From an uncultured Eubacteriales bacterium (lineage in GTDB: Bacteria > Bacillota > Sulfobacillia > Fermentithermobacillales > Fermentithermobacillaceae), in the NCBI GenBank assembly GCA_964406505.1, contig CAYORX010000004.1, positions 17,056 to 81,055 of the forward strand: a DNA stretch of 64,000 bases, written 5' to 3'. A program made the translations under genes and the position numbers. Position 1 is the first letter of the stretch, and each line of letters starts with the position of its first letter. Below, one piece after another: positions 20,818-30,672 of the stretch. The notes under the pieces were generated by a model. It was not told the DNA's origin and did not search any database. It was given only the letters and a program-made list of their open reading frames with translations.

Positions 20818-21237
20818 ATGACATCGCAAGGACAACGATTCGGATATGTTTTTATCGGGTTTTTGATAGGTATGTGTCTGTCAGTAGGTGCATGGCTAGG
20901 TTTAGCTAATTATGCGCCTAGCTACCTGCTTGGTTGGCAGAAGACACTAACAAAAACCGAATTAGAGCAACAACATGGATTAAATGCACAAATTGTTCCG
21001 GAATCAAATATGATTAAATCAATAATTCAAGATATTCTTACTTCTGAACAAGGTAAGGCCATAGTCAACGAACTTATACAAACTCAAGGACCTGAAATAT
21101 TGAAGCAAATGCTCGAAGAGTCGATAAACTCGCCAGAGTTTCGAGCGACTCTTGGAAAAGCGATAAACACTTTTTTAAAAACGCCTGAAGGAAAACAACT
21201 AATAAAACAAATAGCAAATGAAATTCTTACGCCGTAA
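20818..21237 (+). CDS. Hypothetical membrane-anchored protein
   Basis: The ATG at 20818 is preceded by GGGAGGG. It has an N-terminal TM helix and a helical C-terminal domain. The upstream part of the track ORF overlaps lgt and was discarded. Confidence 0.45.
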   Translation: MTSQGQRFGYVFIGFLIGMCLSVGAWLGLANYAPSYLLGWQKTLTKTELEQQHGLNAQIVPESNMIKSIIQDILTSEQGKAIVNELIQTQGPEILKQMLEESINSPEFRATLGKAINTFLKTPEGKQLIKQIANEILTP

Positions 21238-21250
21238 GACGTTTGGACCT

Positions 21251-21985
21251 TTAGGCTGAAACATCGGGCTTAGGCATGCTCGCCAAAATTTGCTTGGCAT
21301 CTAGCCTTTCTTCAACCATATCATCAGATAAAATTTTGCCGTCACGCAGCGTAACCACTCTTTCGGAATGCCTAGCAATATCGGGATCATGGGTCACTAA
21401 TACAATGGTTATTCCTTGTTCATGAAGTTTTTGAAAAATCAACATGATTTCTTCGCCTGAACGAGAATCAAGGTTACCGGTAGGTTCATCAGCTAAAATT
21501 AGTTTTGGGCCTCCTACTATAGCCCTCGCTACAGCTACCCTTTGCTGTTCACCACCTGATAATTCATTAGGCCTATGTCGAGTCCTTTTGGATAAACCCA
21601 CCATTTCTAACGCTTTTATTGATTTCTCCCGTCGCTTGGCTGCGTTCATCCCTCTGTATATCAAAGGTAGTTCTACATTCGATGTTGCATCGATCCGTGA
21701 TAACAGATTATAAGACTGAAAAATAAATCCTAGACTTCTATTTCGGATATCAGCCAATTGATTATCAGATTTTTTGCTGATATCGTCACCGTCAAAATAA
21801 TAATCGCCGGAAGTTGGACGATCAAGACATCCTAAAATATTCATTAAAGTCGACTTACCTGAACCGGATGGTCCCATTATCGCGACAAATTGTCCTTTGG
21901 GAATTTCAAGATCAATTTCTCTCAGTGCAGGAACTTTTACCTTACCCATCTTATATTGCTTAATTATTTTATTGATCTTTATCAT
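21251..21985 (-). CDS. ABC transporter ATP-binding protein, MacB/LolD/FtsE-like, with no adjacent permease
   Basis: Walker A GPSGSGKST, ABC signature LSGGEQQR, Walker B ILADEPTGNLD. Preferred start is MIKINK (21985) with a GGAG RBS. Confidence 0.88.
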   Translation of the reverse strand: MIKINKIIKQYKMGKVKVPALREIDLEIPKGQFVAIMGPSGSGKSTLMNILGCLDRPTSGDYYFDGDDISKKSDNQLADIRNRSLGFIFQSYNLLSRIDATSNVELPLIYRGMNAAKRREKSIKALEMVGLSKRTRHRPNELSGGEQQRVAVARAIVGGPKLILADEPTGNLDSRSGEEIMLIFQKLHEQGITIVLVTHDPDIARHSERVVTLRDGKILSDDMVEERLDAKQILASMPKPDVSA

Positions 21986-22183
21986 ATTACACACTCCACA
22001 TTCAAATTCGCTATAAATAAAACTGCACGACTTTTTATCACCCGACCTAACCGGAAAAGGATACATGATAGTTCACATTAAACTTTCAACTTACCTCACC
22101 GGAGGCCGGGCGTCTCATTTACGATCACTTCATTCATTGACGTAGCATATACCAAAGAGTTCCATCTTGTTTTGTTCTAGCAT

Positions 22184-24811
22184 CTATTGAACAATTCCCG
22201 AAGCTAACACGTCGACATTCTGTGATGTAATGTATGTATTTGTAATTCTAACCACTTTATTCTCCAACTCATAGGCAATAGTCAATCTAACCGCCCAAAA
22301 CACTGTAAATTCGCCTGAACGCTCCCAAATCACATAAAATTTGTCGCCTGGATCGCATTCAATATTCGTAACTTGCGCATCGTCAGGTAGATTCCAGGTT
22401 ACTTTACCCGAAAACAGCCCCTGTTTACCTACAACCCATTTCTTGGGGCCTGAAAGATCCAATTTCACTTCCGGAGGTATTACGCTTTTACACTCGAATT
22501 CATAAACCTCAGGTTCTTCACCATCTATTGTCACATCCCAATTCTTTTCAATCAACGGGTCACCGTGGTTATCTACTGATATTGCCCGAACAGAATACGT
22601 GCCTTTGGCTAAAAACTTGTGTGATACTTTCAAATGGGGCTGCCCTTGAATTATCAATGTCTCACCGTCTCCGAAATCAAGTTCCCAATATAAATGGTAG
22701 GTTTCATCGGGTTTCCACAAAGTTGTATGTTTTGATCTGTAAACCACCCTTACTTGTGGTATGTCTTCATCATCTATTCCGCCAAACCCCGGGGCAAATT
22801 CTTCATCATCTCCAATTTCCAGATCAGGTCCAGGTTCCCAGGGAATATCGCCCGTCCCTATACCGGGACCTTCATCTTGCCAACCTCCCGAGTTCCCGGA
22901 ACCCGGCGCGAGCGCTTCTACTCCGGCCCAAGCATCGCAATGTATCTCTTGTTCAAAAACAGATTCAACTTTGCCCCCCGGAGTATATGGATTTAAATTT
23001 CCCTGCCTGATTAACCGTAAACCGAGCCTGTAAGATTTAGTTTTTAACATGATATCTGTTTTAGAGCCACCTCGAATCACTTCGCTCATGCCCTGAATGG
23101 GGGTCCATCGAGTACCATCATACCCTTCAACCCAGATTGCACATCTCCAGCCTTCCGGTAGCGACGAAGTTCGAATAGAAATGTCAAAAACCTGATCAGG
23201 CGACACATCCCAAGGAACTGCAACATAAAGTGGATGCCAACTGGAAACTTGTAATTGTTCTGTTTGACGGTCTTTAATCAAAATCTCCTGATCTTTCATA
23301 GAATCTGATAAGAAGGATAATATGCTGTTGTAGACGCGTTCATCTTTTAAGATATTTAAATGTGAAGGCGATAAAAACCCCGAAAACACTCGAATTATAT
23401 CTCTGGGTCCCTGGGGTGAAATAGATGAATCAACTTCGCAAAAAAAGTTGTTAGGACCCACTTGTGGCCATACTACACTCAGCAAATTGGTTACCCGACC
23501 TGTAATATTTATGAAACGGGTTTTCCGGCAAGCAGCGGCTGAGTAGGAGTGGTCATTCATAGATTGAAGATAACAGTTAGCAGGTACCCTTTGGAATCGT
23601 TGACCAACAGATGTCCCCAGGTTGATCAGCACATCTTCTTTGGAAAGCCTCCTTAAGATAACATTTTCTACATTATCCAAATACCCGATCGAACCGATAA
23701 TGCTATCTGTAATGATTTTCTGCAATTCAGCTTTTACAGTCACCAGTGCTTTTTTAGTGAAATGAATAAGCGTTTTAAGACCATAATGAATGGCTGCATC
23801 TTTAATGTCTGTGGGTATATAATCAGATGCAAATAAACTTTGAGCTAGACTGCCCGCGGACGCTGTTCTGATCACGTATTGATTTTTGCCTACAGCCATG
23901 GCTAATATTTCGTAATACGCAGTTGAAAAATCTCGGCCTTTATCAGGTAAATTGTTAAAGTCAATCATAGGCACACAACCAAGGGGGGGATCCTTAGCAT
24001 GTTCGATACAATTTCGCCATAGTAGCGGCCGGTTTTGCTGTATCCATCCTGCAAAAGTTTGCTTAGGCGAATCTACCGGTACATAGGGTAACATCAAGAA
24101 TCGTTCTTGTACGTATTGGCTATACAATGGTTCATAAATTTCCCTAGCTCTTTTAGATACCCACCAAGTTTCGCTTTCCCAATCAAACTTATCGGTGCCG
24201 ATGAACAAAGGTAAATCGCCCGCACTATTTACAGATTGCACCTCTAAAACTCCACTTACTTCACCAAACGGAGAAAAACGCGCCGATCTCGTTTCTTTTT
24301 CAAACATATGTTCATGTTTTACAACGTTATATGCTTGAAACATGAAATCTGCCAGAAACGAACCTCTTTGAGGCGTACTGAGCATAATCGCATTGTCTAT
24401 CAAACCATCTTGAATAATGCCAAGCTCAATGCCAAATCTCAATACAAGCCCAGAAACTCCATATGTAATTACGTTTAGCAAAGTAGATTTTGTAGTAACA
24501 GCAACTTGCTGCAAATACTTATGTAATACATAGACTCCTGAATCAAGATCGTAATAGGGTTCATCGGGAGTGAACACAAACAAGTTCGTTTCAAGTTCAT
24601 ACCCTGAATTTTGAAGTCGAGAAATCAACCCGCTTTTACCCCACAAACTTAGTTTAACTTCATCAACGCCGCCTTTCACAGGTTCCGAAATTAACACCAA
24701 AGGGGCCCTAACCCCATGGCTTTGGGCAGTCTCCCCGAACGAAGGCACCCCAAAATTTAACAAAACACAAACACATACCACAATTCCGATGGTATCTTGC
24801 ACGCGGTTCAT
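22184..24811 (-). CDS. Large secreted protein with a C-terminal PKD domain and an N-terminal hydrolase-like region of unknown function
   Basis: Preferred start is MNRVQDT at 24811 with RBS AAGGAAAAGG, followed by a signal peptide (IVVCVCVLLNFGVPSFG). The track ORF starts at 24853. PKD motif WELDFGDGE...YSVRAISVDNHGDP, Gly/Asp/Pro-rich linkers, and a central region with no recognisable family. Confidence 0.6.
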   Translation of the reverse strand: MNRVQDTIGIVVCVCVLLNFGVPSFGETAQSHGVRAPLVLISEPVKGGVDEVKLSLWGKSGLISRLQNSGYELETNLFVFTPDEPYYDLDSGVYVLHKYLQQVAVTTKSTLLNVITYGVSGLVLRFGIELGIIQDGLIDNAIMLSTPQRGSFLADFMFQAYNVVKHEHMFEKETRSARFSPFGEVSGVLEVQSVNSAGDLPLFIGTDKFDWESETWWVSKRAREIYEPLYSQYVQERFLMLPYVPVDSPKQTFAGWIQQNRPLLWRNCIEHAKDPPLGCVPMIDFNNLPDKGRDFSTAYYEILAMAVGKNQYVIRTASAGSLAQSLFASDYIPTDIKDAAIHYGLKTLIHFTKKALVTVKAELQKIITDSIIGSIGYLDNVENVILRRLSKEDVLINLGTSVGQRFQRVPANCYLQSMNDHSYSAAACRKTRFINITGRVTNLLSVVWPQVGPNNFFCEVDSSISPQGPRDIIRVFSGFLSPSHLNILKDERVYNSILSFLSDSMKDQEILIKDRQTEQLQVSSWHPLYVAVPWDVSPDQVFDISIRTSSLPEGWRCAIWVEGYDGTRWTPIQGMSEVIRGGSKTDIMLKTKSYRLGLRLIRQGNLNPYTPGGKVESVFEQEIHCDAWAGVEALAPGSGNSGGWQDEGPGIGTGDIPWEPGPDLEIGDDEEFAPGFGGIDDEDIPQVRVVYRSKHTTLWKPDETYHLYWELDFGDGETLIIQGQPHLKVSHKFLAKGTYSVRAISVDNHGDPLIEKNWDVTIDGEEPEVYEFECKSVIPPEVKLDLSGPKKWVVGKQGLFSGKVTWNLPDDAQVTNIECDPGDKFYVIWERSGEFTVFWAVRLTIAYELENKVVRITNTYITSQNVDVLASGIVQ

Positions 24812-24849
24812 AACCTTTTCTTTAGGCAATACATGCCCAGGGCTCTTTG

Positions 24850-25527
24850 TCATTGATAAATCTCCGCCTTTACCCCCGATTTAGGCCACAACCCTCTATT
24901 TGCGATAGCTAAACGAGTTGCCGGATAATTTAAATCAAAACATCTTTGCAATTCTTCTTGCCATTTCTCAGCCGTAATTCGTCTCGGTCCGGTTGGTTCA
25001 AGCACCAACAGTTCTGCCCAAGATTCGCCTGGCGCAAGCTTAATCTTTTCAGAACCGTAGTTTATATGTACCGTTCCATCTCGCCTAGCTCTTTGGACGG
25101 TTAATTTTCCCCGAACAACCCTCGCCTGGTTGTTCACAAGTTCTATTATATTTCCATCAATATCAGGTGCGGTTGAAGACACCGGCGCAGGGAGATTTAA
25201 CGTTGTTCTGCCCATCCGCGAAAAGGTTAAAGATTCGTCAAACTCCACACCTTGGGACAAGGCGCTGTAATGAATCCCCAAACATACACCAAACAGGTTG
25301 ACCTTTTTAGGTACGAAAAGCATTTTTTCGTCAGCGTCGATGAAAATTTGCGAATTCTCAGGTGTGATAAGAGGCCAACCGGTAAGCGCGTTTAATGAAG
25401 ATTCTTGAATAGTTAAAAAAACGAACTGGTCAGATGACCAATTCAACCTTGACAACACGAAAACTAACATTATACATACGACAACAGATAAAACTACTTT
25501 AAGGATAAGGTTAATACGGTTTTTCAC
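24850..25527 (-). CDS. Hypothetical membrane-anchored protein, first gene of the operon with the PKD protein
   Basis: GTG start preceded by GGGGGAG. N-terminal TM helix and an extracytoplasmic domain. Stop overlaps the downstream track ORF. Confidence 0.5.
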   Translation of the reverse strand: MKNRINLILKVVLSVVVCIMLVFVLSRLNWSSDQFVFLTIQESSLNALTGWPLITPENSQIFIDADEKMLFVPKKVNLFGVCLGIHYSALSQGVEFDESLTFSRMGRTTLNLPAPVSSTAPDIDGNIIELVNNQARVVRGKLTVQRARRDGTVHINYGSEKIKLAPGESWAELLVLEPTGPRRITAEKWQEELQRCFDLNYPATRLAIANRGLWPKSGVKAEIYQ

Positions 25528-25707
25528 TCAAACTCCCCCACTAATACGATTTATTTTAAGTGAGGGCCTGTATGTACAAATGATAAATGCAACAACAAAG
25601 TTACGACATACATACAAACGGCCCGAGTCTAATAACACGCATTGCATCGTGCTTTAATACCACCGGGCCCTTCGCAATATACATTATATCACATTAAAAC
25701 CGTTTAA

Positions 25708-27267
25708 TTACAAATTTTTGCGGTATAAATGGAAAGATTTTTTGATAATCGGTTTAATATTTGCATACACTTTACCTTTTTCTGCATCTTGCTCGTCAAC
25801 CCACATTACCTCGGTAGTTTCACCCGGTTGCAATTTGGTTTCGCCATCGATTTGTTTCATAACATAATAATAGACGGTTTTTTCTACTGGAACATTGCGT
25901 TCATCAAGAAAATGATATACGGTTCGACCTGCTAAAGCGACTAACCTACATATTATCCCAGTTTCTTCTTTAACTTCTCTGATAGCTGCTTGTTCAATAT
26001 TTTCTCTTTGTTCTACATGCCCCTTTGGTAAAGTTATAAATCCGAACCTATCTCTTATCATAAGTATCTGCAATTTACCGCCATGATCTCGAATCACAGC
26101 CCCGCCAGCACACATCTGATAGCTATCTGGCCGCTTAAGCAGCATAACGCGCATCAAACCAGCAACTTGCCTAGCAGCAAACGGCAATGTAAATTGGGTG
26201 TTTTCAATGGTTTCTTCGACCGTACCTGGACCTAAAGTGCTGTCAAAAATAGAACAAAACTCTTCAGGGTGTTGGCCGACAACATCTTTTCCAACGCTAC
26301 CACCTAACACTATGGTAGGTACCCCGTGAGCACGTCCCACTACAGCTACAGCATGGGGTACTTTTCCTTTTTGGGTTTGGGAATCAACTTTACCTTCTCC
26401 GGTTATGATGAAATCGGCTTTTGCGATCTGTTTTGCACAACCGGTTTCCTCGATAATAAATTCCGCTCCAGAAACCACCGCCGCATTAAAAAACGCCCAA
26501 AGTGACGCCGCTAAACCTCCACCGGCACCTGCACCAGGTAGCGAACGCGGATCACGGCCTAGATTTTTCGATAATATAGCGCCGTATCGATCCATGTATT
26601 TATCAACTTGGGCGATTTTATCGGCAGGTATTCCTTTTTGAGGACCATAAGTGCTGGTAGCTCCTTCTTCACCGATCAAAACATTTTTTACGTCACAAAG
26701 GGCTACCACTTCAACATCGCTAAATTTTTTGGGAATGTCGTGAGGCTCGACGCTAACGACATTTTTCAGTCCTAAAATACCGAATTCAACCTGATTCCCT
26801 TTATCGTCAAGTATTTTGCCACCTGCGGCTTGAGCCATTCCTATACCACCATCATTTATTGCTGTACCGCCTACTCCGATAATTATACGTCGGGCACCTT
26901 GATTTACTGCCCAAACCATGAGTTCACCGACCCCGTAACTCGTGGCAGAAAACACATCGCGCTTGTGAGGCGATGTTAGCGCAAGTCCCGAACAATTCGC
27001 ACTTTCTATCACCGCATCACCGTTGGAAAGTATCCCAACCTTTGCAGTTATCATCTCACCGTAAGGTCCTACCACTTCGATATTCTGAACTTTACCACCT
27101 TTGGCTGCTATCAAAACATCAATGGTACCATCGCCACCGTCAGCAAGAGGTGTTTTCACAAGGTTGGCTTCTGGGAACCCTAGCTCAAATCCTTGTTTAA
27201 CCAATGAGCATGCTTCAGATGCAGTCAGGCAGCCTTTAAATGCGTTCATTGCAATTACCGCATCCAT
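25708..27267 (-). CDS. Glycerate kinase (GlxK family) fused to a C-terminal NUDIX hydrolase domain
   Basis: Residues ~1-375 match glycerate kinase (ADGGDGT, GAGAAGG motifs). Residues ~380-519 carry a perfect Nudix box GHVEQRENIEQAAIREVKEETGI. A single uninterrupted reading frame. Confidence 0.8.
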   Translation of the reverse strand: MDAVIAMNAFKGCLTASEACSLVKQGFELGFPEANLVKTPLADGGDGTIDVLIAAKGGKVQNIEVVGPYGEMITAKVGILSNGDAVIESANCSGLALTSPHKRDVFSATSYGVGELMVWAVNQGARRIIIGVGGTAINDGGIGMAQAAGGKILDDKGNQVEFGILGLKNVVSVEPHDIPKKFSDVEVVALCDVKNVLIGEEGATSTYGPQKGIPADKIAQVDKYMDRYGAILSKNLGRDPRSLPGAGAGGGLAASLWAFFNAAVVSGAEFIIEETGCAKQIAKADFIITGEGKVDSQTQKGKVPHAVAVVGRAHGVPTIVLGGSVGKDVVGQHPEEFCSIFDSTLGPGTVEETIENTQFTLPFAARQVAGLMRVMLLKRPDSYQMCAGGAVIRDHGGKLQILMIRDRFGFITLPKGHVEQRENIEQAAIREVKEETGIICRLVALAGRTVYHFLDERNVPVEKTVYYYVMKQIDGETKLQPGETTEVMWVDEQDAEKGKVYANIKPIIKKSFHLYRKNL

Positions 27268-27328
27268 TACTGCTGATCTCCTTTCGTAGTTTCACAAGCA
27301 TTAAATGTATCGATATCACGCTTAACAC

Positions 27329-28366
27329 TTATCCAACTACCGCTCTTAAGATGCGCATCCAGTTTCGTCCTAAAATCCCTGCGATTTGTTCTCCTGAAAT
27401 GCCTCTTTTTAGCAATTCAAAAGTAAGATAAGGCAGTTTACCTATGTGCGACACCGGTTCTGGCCCGGCCTCCCCGAAACTATCAAAATCAGTGCCTAGC
27501 CCGACACAATCCTCACCGGCCAATTCCATGGCATGGATGATATGTTCCGCAACTGTCGCAATATCGGCCTTTTCATCGGTTCCTGTCAAGTATTCATGGT
27601 TAAATGAGATTCCTACAAGACCACCCGCTTCACCGATAGCTTTTAGCTGAGCATCTGACAAATTTCTTGGGTGGGAAAGCAAACTGTAGCAATTCGAATG
27701 GCTGGCAACGAAAGGACTTTGCGCCAGATCTACCATGTCCCAAAATCCCGCTTCAGATAAATGCGCGACATCTACAATCACACCAAGCCTAGAAGCCTCG
27801 TTAACAACTTTTATACCAAAAGGAGTAAGCCCGCCTCGAGAAACTGAAACAGCGGCACCGTCGGCAAGCAAGTTGCGATCATTCCAAGTCAAAGTAAGCA
27901 TTCTCAATCCTAGTTTGTAATACATTCTAAATGTCTCGAGGCTTCCTTCTAGCATCGCCCCATCACCAAAACTGAGCATAACCCCCACTTCATCGGTATC
28001 GCGAACAGATTCAATATCGGAAATTTGCAACACACGCCTAATTCCGATTGCCTCGCTTAAATCGTTAAATACATCTATGTATTCTAAAGCCTGTTTAACT
28101 CCACGCATAGATGGCACCCTATCATAGGGAAACGCGCTAAGAAACACACAATCTACTTTGGATTGTCTTAACTTTGGCAAATCTGAATGCCCAAATGCAG
28201 ATTCCTCTTGAAAGTTCCGAACCCCATTGAGAACATCCCAAAGCGATCCCTGATGTCCATCGATAATTAAAGATTCAGAATGTAATTCTTCTGCTCGTTC
28301 CATTCGAATTTCTTCCATAGTTGGATCATCTTTCGGTTTCTTTTTTAAAACAGAAGCTATATCCAT
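27329..28366 (-). CDS. Membrane dipeptidase (peptidase family M19)
   Basis: 345-aa ORF with IIDGHQ, VDVAHLSE and GLGTDFD motifs of renal-dipeptidase-like enzymes. Confidence 0.85.
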   Translation of the reverse strand: MDIASVLKKKPKDDPTMEEIRMERAEELHSESLIIDGHQGSLWDVLNGVRNFQEESAFGHSDLPKLRQSKVDCVFLSAFPYDRVPSMRGVKQALEYIDVFNDLSEAIGIRRVLQISDIESVRDTDEVGVMLSFGDGAMLEGSLETFRMYYKLGLRMLTLTWNDRNLLADGAAVSVSRGGLTPFGIKVVNEASRLGVIVDVAHLSEAGFWDMVDLAQSPFVASHSNCYSLLSHPRNLSDAQLKAIGEAGGLVGISFNHEYLTGTDEKADIATVAEHIIHAMELAGEDCVGLGTDFDSFGEAGPEPVSHIGKLPYLTFELLKRGISGEQIAGILGRNWMRILRAVVG

Positions 28367-28542
28367 AAATTAACGCCCTCCTATCGCAGCTGCCTTTAGC
28401 TTTCTTTAGTGTTCTAGTCTTATCTATAGTTTACCTTTTTTGCGAAATTTTGCAGTATACATCGTTCTTGATAAATCTCAGTTCCCCGTCTTACCGAATA
28501 CGCATAATATGCAAAAACCGGCGTTGTTGGAGGGTTCAAAAA

Positions 28543-28893
28543 ATGCACAATTTAACTGGATTACTTATGCAAATGGAACAAATGGAACTAAAAATTGGCG
28601 CAAAGTTGTTAAGTTTGCAAGATCAGGTGATTTTCGGATGTTCTGAAGATGGATTAATTAATGTCTCAGGTGATATTTGGTTTAACATCAAAGCTATTAC
28701 TATTGACAGGAAAAAATTATCTGCAAAACTCTTTGATTTAGAAACTTTGGAAAAACTAATAGTTCAAGCAATCAATAAGACTAGAGATAATACACGGAAT
28801 TTGCTGAGAACGGAAATAGGCAAAATCCTCAATGAAAACATACCTTCTGAACTTGGTAAATTTTTTGGCGAAAACGAAACAAATTACGAATAA
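28543..28893 (+). CDS. YbaB/EbfC-like nucleoid-associated protein
   Basis: The ATG at 28543 is preceded by GGAGGG. ~116 aa, with an N-terminal Met/Gln-rich helix and a YbaB-like core. The track ORF starts upstream at 28450. Confidence 0.5.
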   Translation: MHNLTGLLMQMEQMELKIGAKLLSLQDQVIFGCSEDGLINVSGDIWFNIKAITIDRKKLSAKLFDLETLEKLIVQAINKTRDNTRNLLRTEIGKILNENIPSELGKFFGENETNYE

Positions 28894-29007
28894 AACAAAA
28901 GTTCCGAGTCTTCATGTAATATATCATTCTAACGCGAACTACAATTCTATAAGACCCAAGATCGGGGTCCTTCCCTTAACTTTGACTTACAGGAGGGGAA
29001 ACCTTTT

Positions 29008-29799
29008 ATGTTCCCTAAAAAAAAGGTCGCAATCATTTTATTAGCCGCATTGCTTTGCACAGCGGGTGCGCTGTACGGGTTACGCCAACCACCTGTTAAA
29101 CCTGTGTTTGAGATGTATGACACGAGATTGGCTGTAGGTACTGAAATGCCCATTTTTTATGTTGAAACCGACAAAAAGGCGGTAGGGCTTACCTTCGACA
29201 TCTCTTGGGGCGATAAAACGCCAGATAAAGTGTTAGACGTTTTATCACAGCATGACCAAGAAGCAACATTTTTTATTTCGGGACCTTGGGCAAACCACTA
29301 CAAAAGTATAGTCTCACGTATTGTCAATGACGGACACGAAATAGCTAGCCACGGGCAGGAACATATAAACTTAAGCCGAGAGAACAAGGAAACCATTATA
29401 AAGAACATTCAAACAAGTCATAATATATTGGTGAATCTTACTGATAGAACTCCAAAATATTTTAGACCCCCAAACGGCGACTACGATGATCTTGTAGTAT
29501 TAACTGCTAGGGAAATGGGGTATGAAACCATAATATGGGCAGTGGACAGTCTCGACTGGAAAAACCCAGGCTCAACATATATCGTGGAAAGAGTGTCGAA
29601 ACTCGTTTTCCCCGGCGCCGTATTGCTCTTCCATGCGTCTGACTCTGCAAAACAAACACATGAAGCGCTACCAATGGTGCTGGAAAACCTTAAGTCAGCA
29701 GGTTACGAAATTTTACCTTTGGATCAACTTATGTCCCTAGGCAAACCGGTGAGGGACGATCCTAGAGGTAGGCCTTTAAGCGAACTACCAGGAAATTAA
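29008..29799 (+). CDS. Polysaccharide deacetylase (NodB homology domain; peptidoglycan deacetylase-like)
   Basis: Signal peptide, then NodB motifs (TFDISWGD, HEIASHGQEH). RBS GGAGGGG. Confidence 0.85.
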   Translation: MFPKKKVAIILLAALLCTAGALYGLRQPPVKPVFEMYDTRLAVGTEMPIFYVETDKKAVGLTFDISWGDKTPDKVLDVLSQHDQEATFFISGPWANHYKSIVSRIVNDGHEIASHGQEHINLSRENKETIIKNIQTSHNILVNLTDRTPKYFRPPNGDYDDLVVLTAREMGYETIIWAVDSLDWKNPGSTYIVERVSKLVFPGAVLLFHASDSAKQTHEALPMVLENLKSAGYEILPLDQLMSLGKPVRDDPRGRPLSELPGN

Positions 29800-29837
29800 T
29801 TAGACGGTGCAGCCTTGGTTTATCTAACCGAAGAAGA

Positions 29838-30536
29838 TTATTTACGGTTAAGTACGATAAGGGCAAATCCTGATTTAAGCGACACATTTGCTTGAGTGTT
29901 AACCATTTGGTTAGATACTGAAAGAGTACTACCTCTATAAAGAGAAGCATCGCTGAGAGGAAATTTAAGGTTAGATGTTGAAACGCCTTGAATCTTGGCG
30001 GTTATAGGTAAAATTGTAACCCAGTCACCTGGTTTACCGGTAAATGAACGTTTTTCGCCATGAGGTATTCCGAATATCACAGTCTTTTGTGAATAGATTA
30101 TTAGATCCAACCCTTTTTCCGCAAAATGCTCGATTAAAAACACATTAGCTAACTCATGATCTAACCGTTCGCCACCCATACACCCAATAGCGATTACCGT
30201 TTCGATCCCACGACCCAAAATTAAGTCTACCGCGGCTTCGGTATCCGTTTGGTCTTTATCTTTAACAAGAGAAACCACAGGAACGTCCAGATTCTTAAAA
30301 TGAATAATCGTATGGGGATTAGATGAATCAAAATCGCCTATAATCAGATCTGGTTTAATATCATGCTGCTTTAAAAAGTCGGCCCCCGAATCTGCCGCTA
30401 CTATCATCGAAGCATGTTCCGCCAATTTCTTATCGTCTGCATCTATACTTCCACCCGCAACGACAAGGGCATATTCTGGGTTATGTCCTACACCTACGAT
30501 AGATGCAACTGGCCTTTTTCGTAGTTTACATGTCAT
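29838..30536 (-). CDS. thiN: Thiamine pyrophosphokinase
   Basis: TPK family, GDFDS motif, 232 aa. Confidence 0.8.
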   Translation of the reverse strand: MTCKLRKRPVASIVGVGHNPEYALVVAGGSIDADDKKLAEHASMIVAADSGADFLKQHDIKPDLIIGDFDSSNPHTIIHFKNLDVPVVSLVKDKDQTDTEAAVDLILGRGIETVIAIGCMGGERLDHELANVFLIEHFAEKGLDLIIYSQKTVIFGIPHGEKRSFTGKPGDWVTILPITAKIQGVSTSNLKFPLSDASLYRGSTLSVSNQMVNTQANVSLKSGFALIVLNRK

Positions 30537-30641
30537 ATGATTTTCCTAAAGGATACCCTCCGAAAATATGAACTTACAACTAAATCATCTCGCTGTAATT
30601 TTACATCTTTTGCCTAAATGTTGAAAGCTTCTTGCCACAAC

Positions 30642-30672
30642 AAGAAAAGAGCCTTGCAAAAGGCCCTTTTCT
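30642..30672 (-). terminator. Intrinsic-terminator-like hairpin in the thiN-gdhA intergenic region
   Basis: On the minus strand, AGAAAAGGGCCTT-TTGC-AAGGCTCTTTTCT forms a 13-bp stem with one mismatch, followed by a U-rich tract. Confidence 0.45.
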
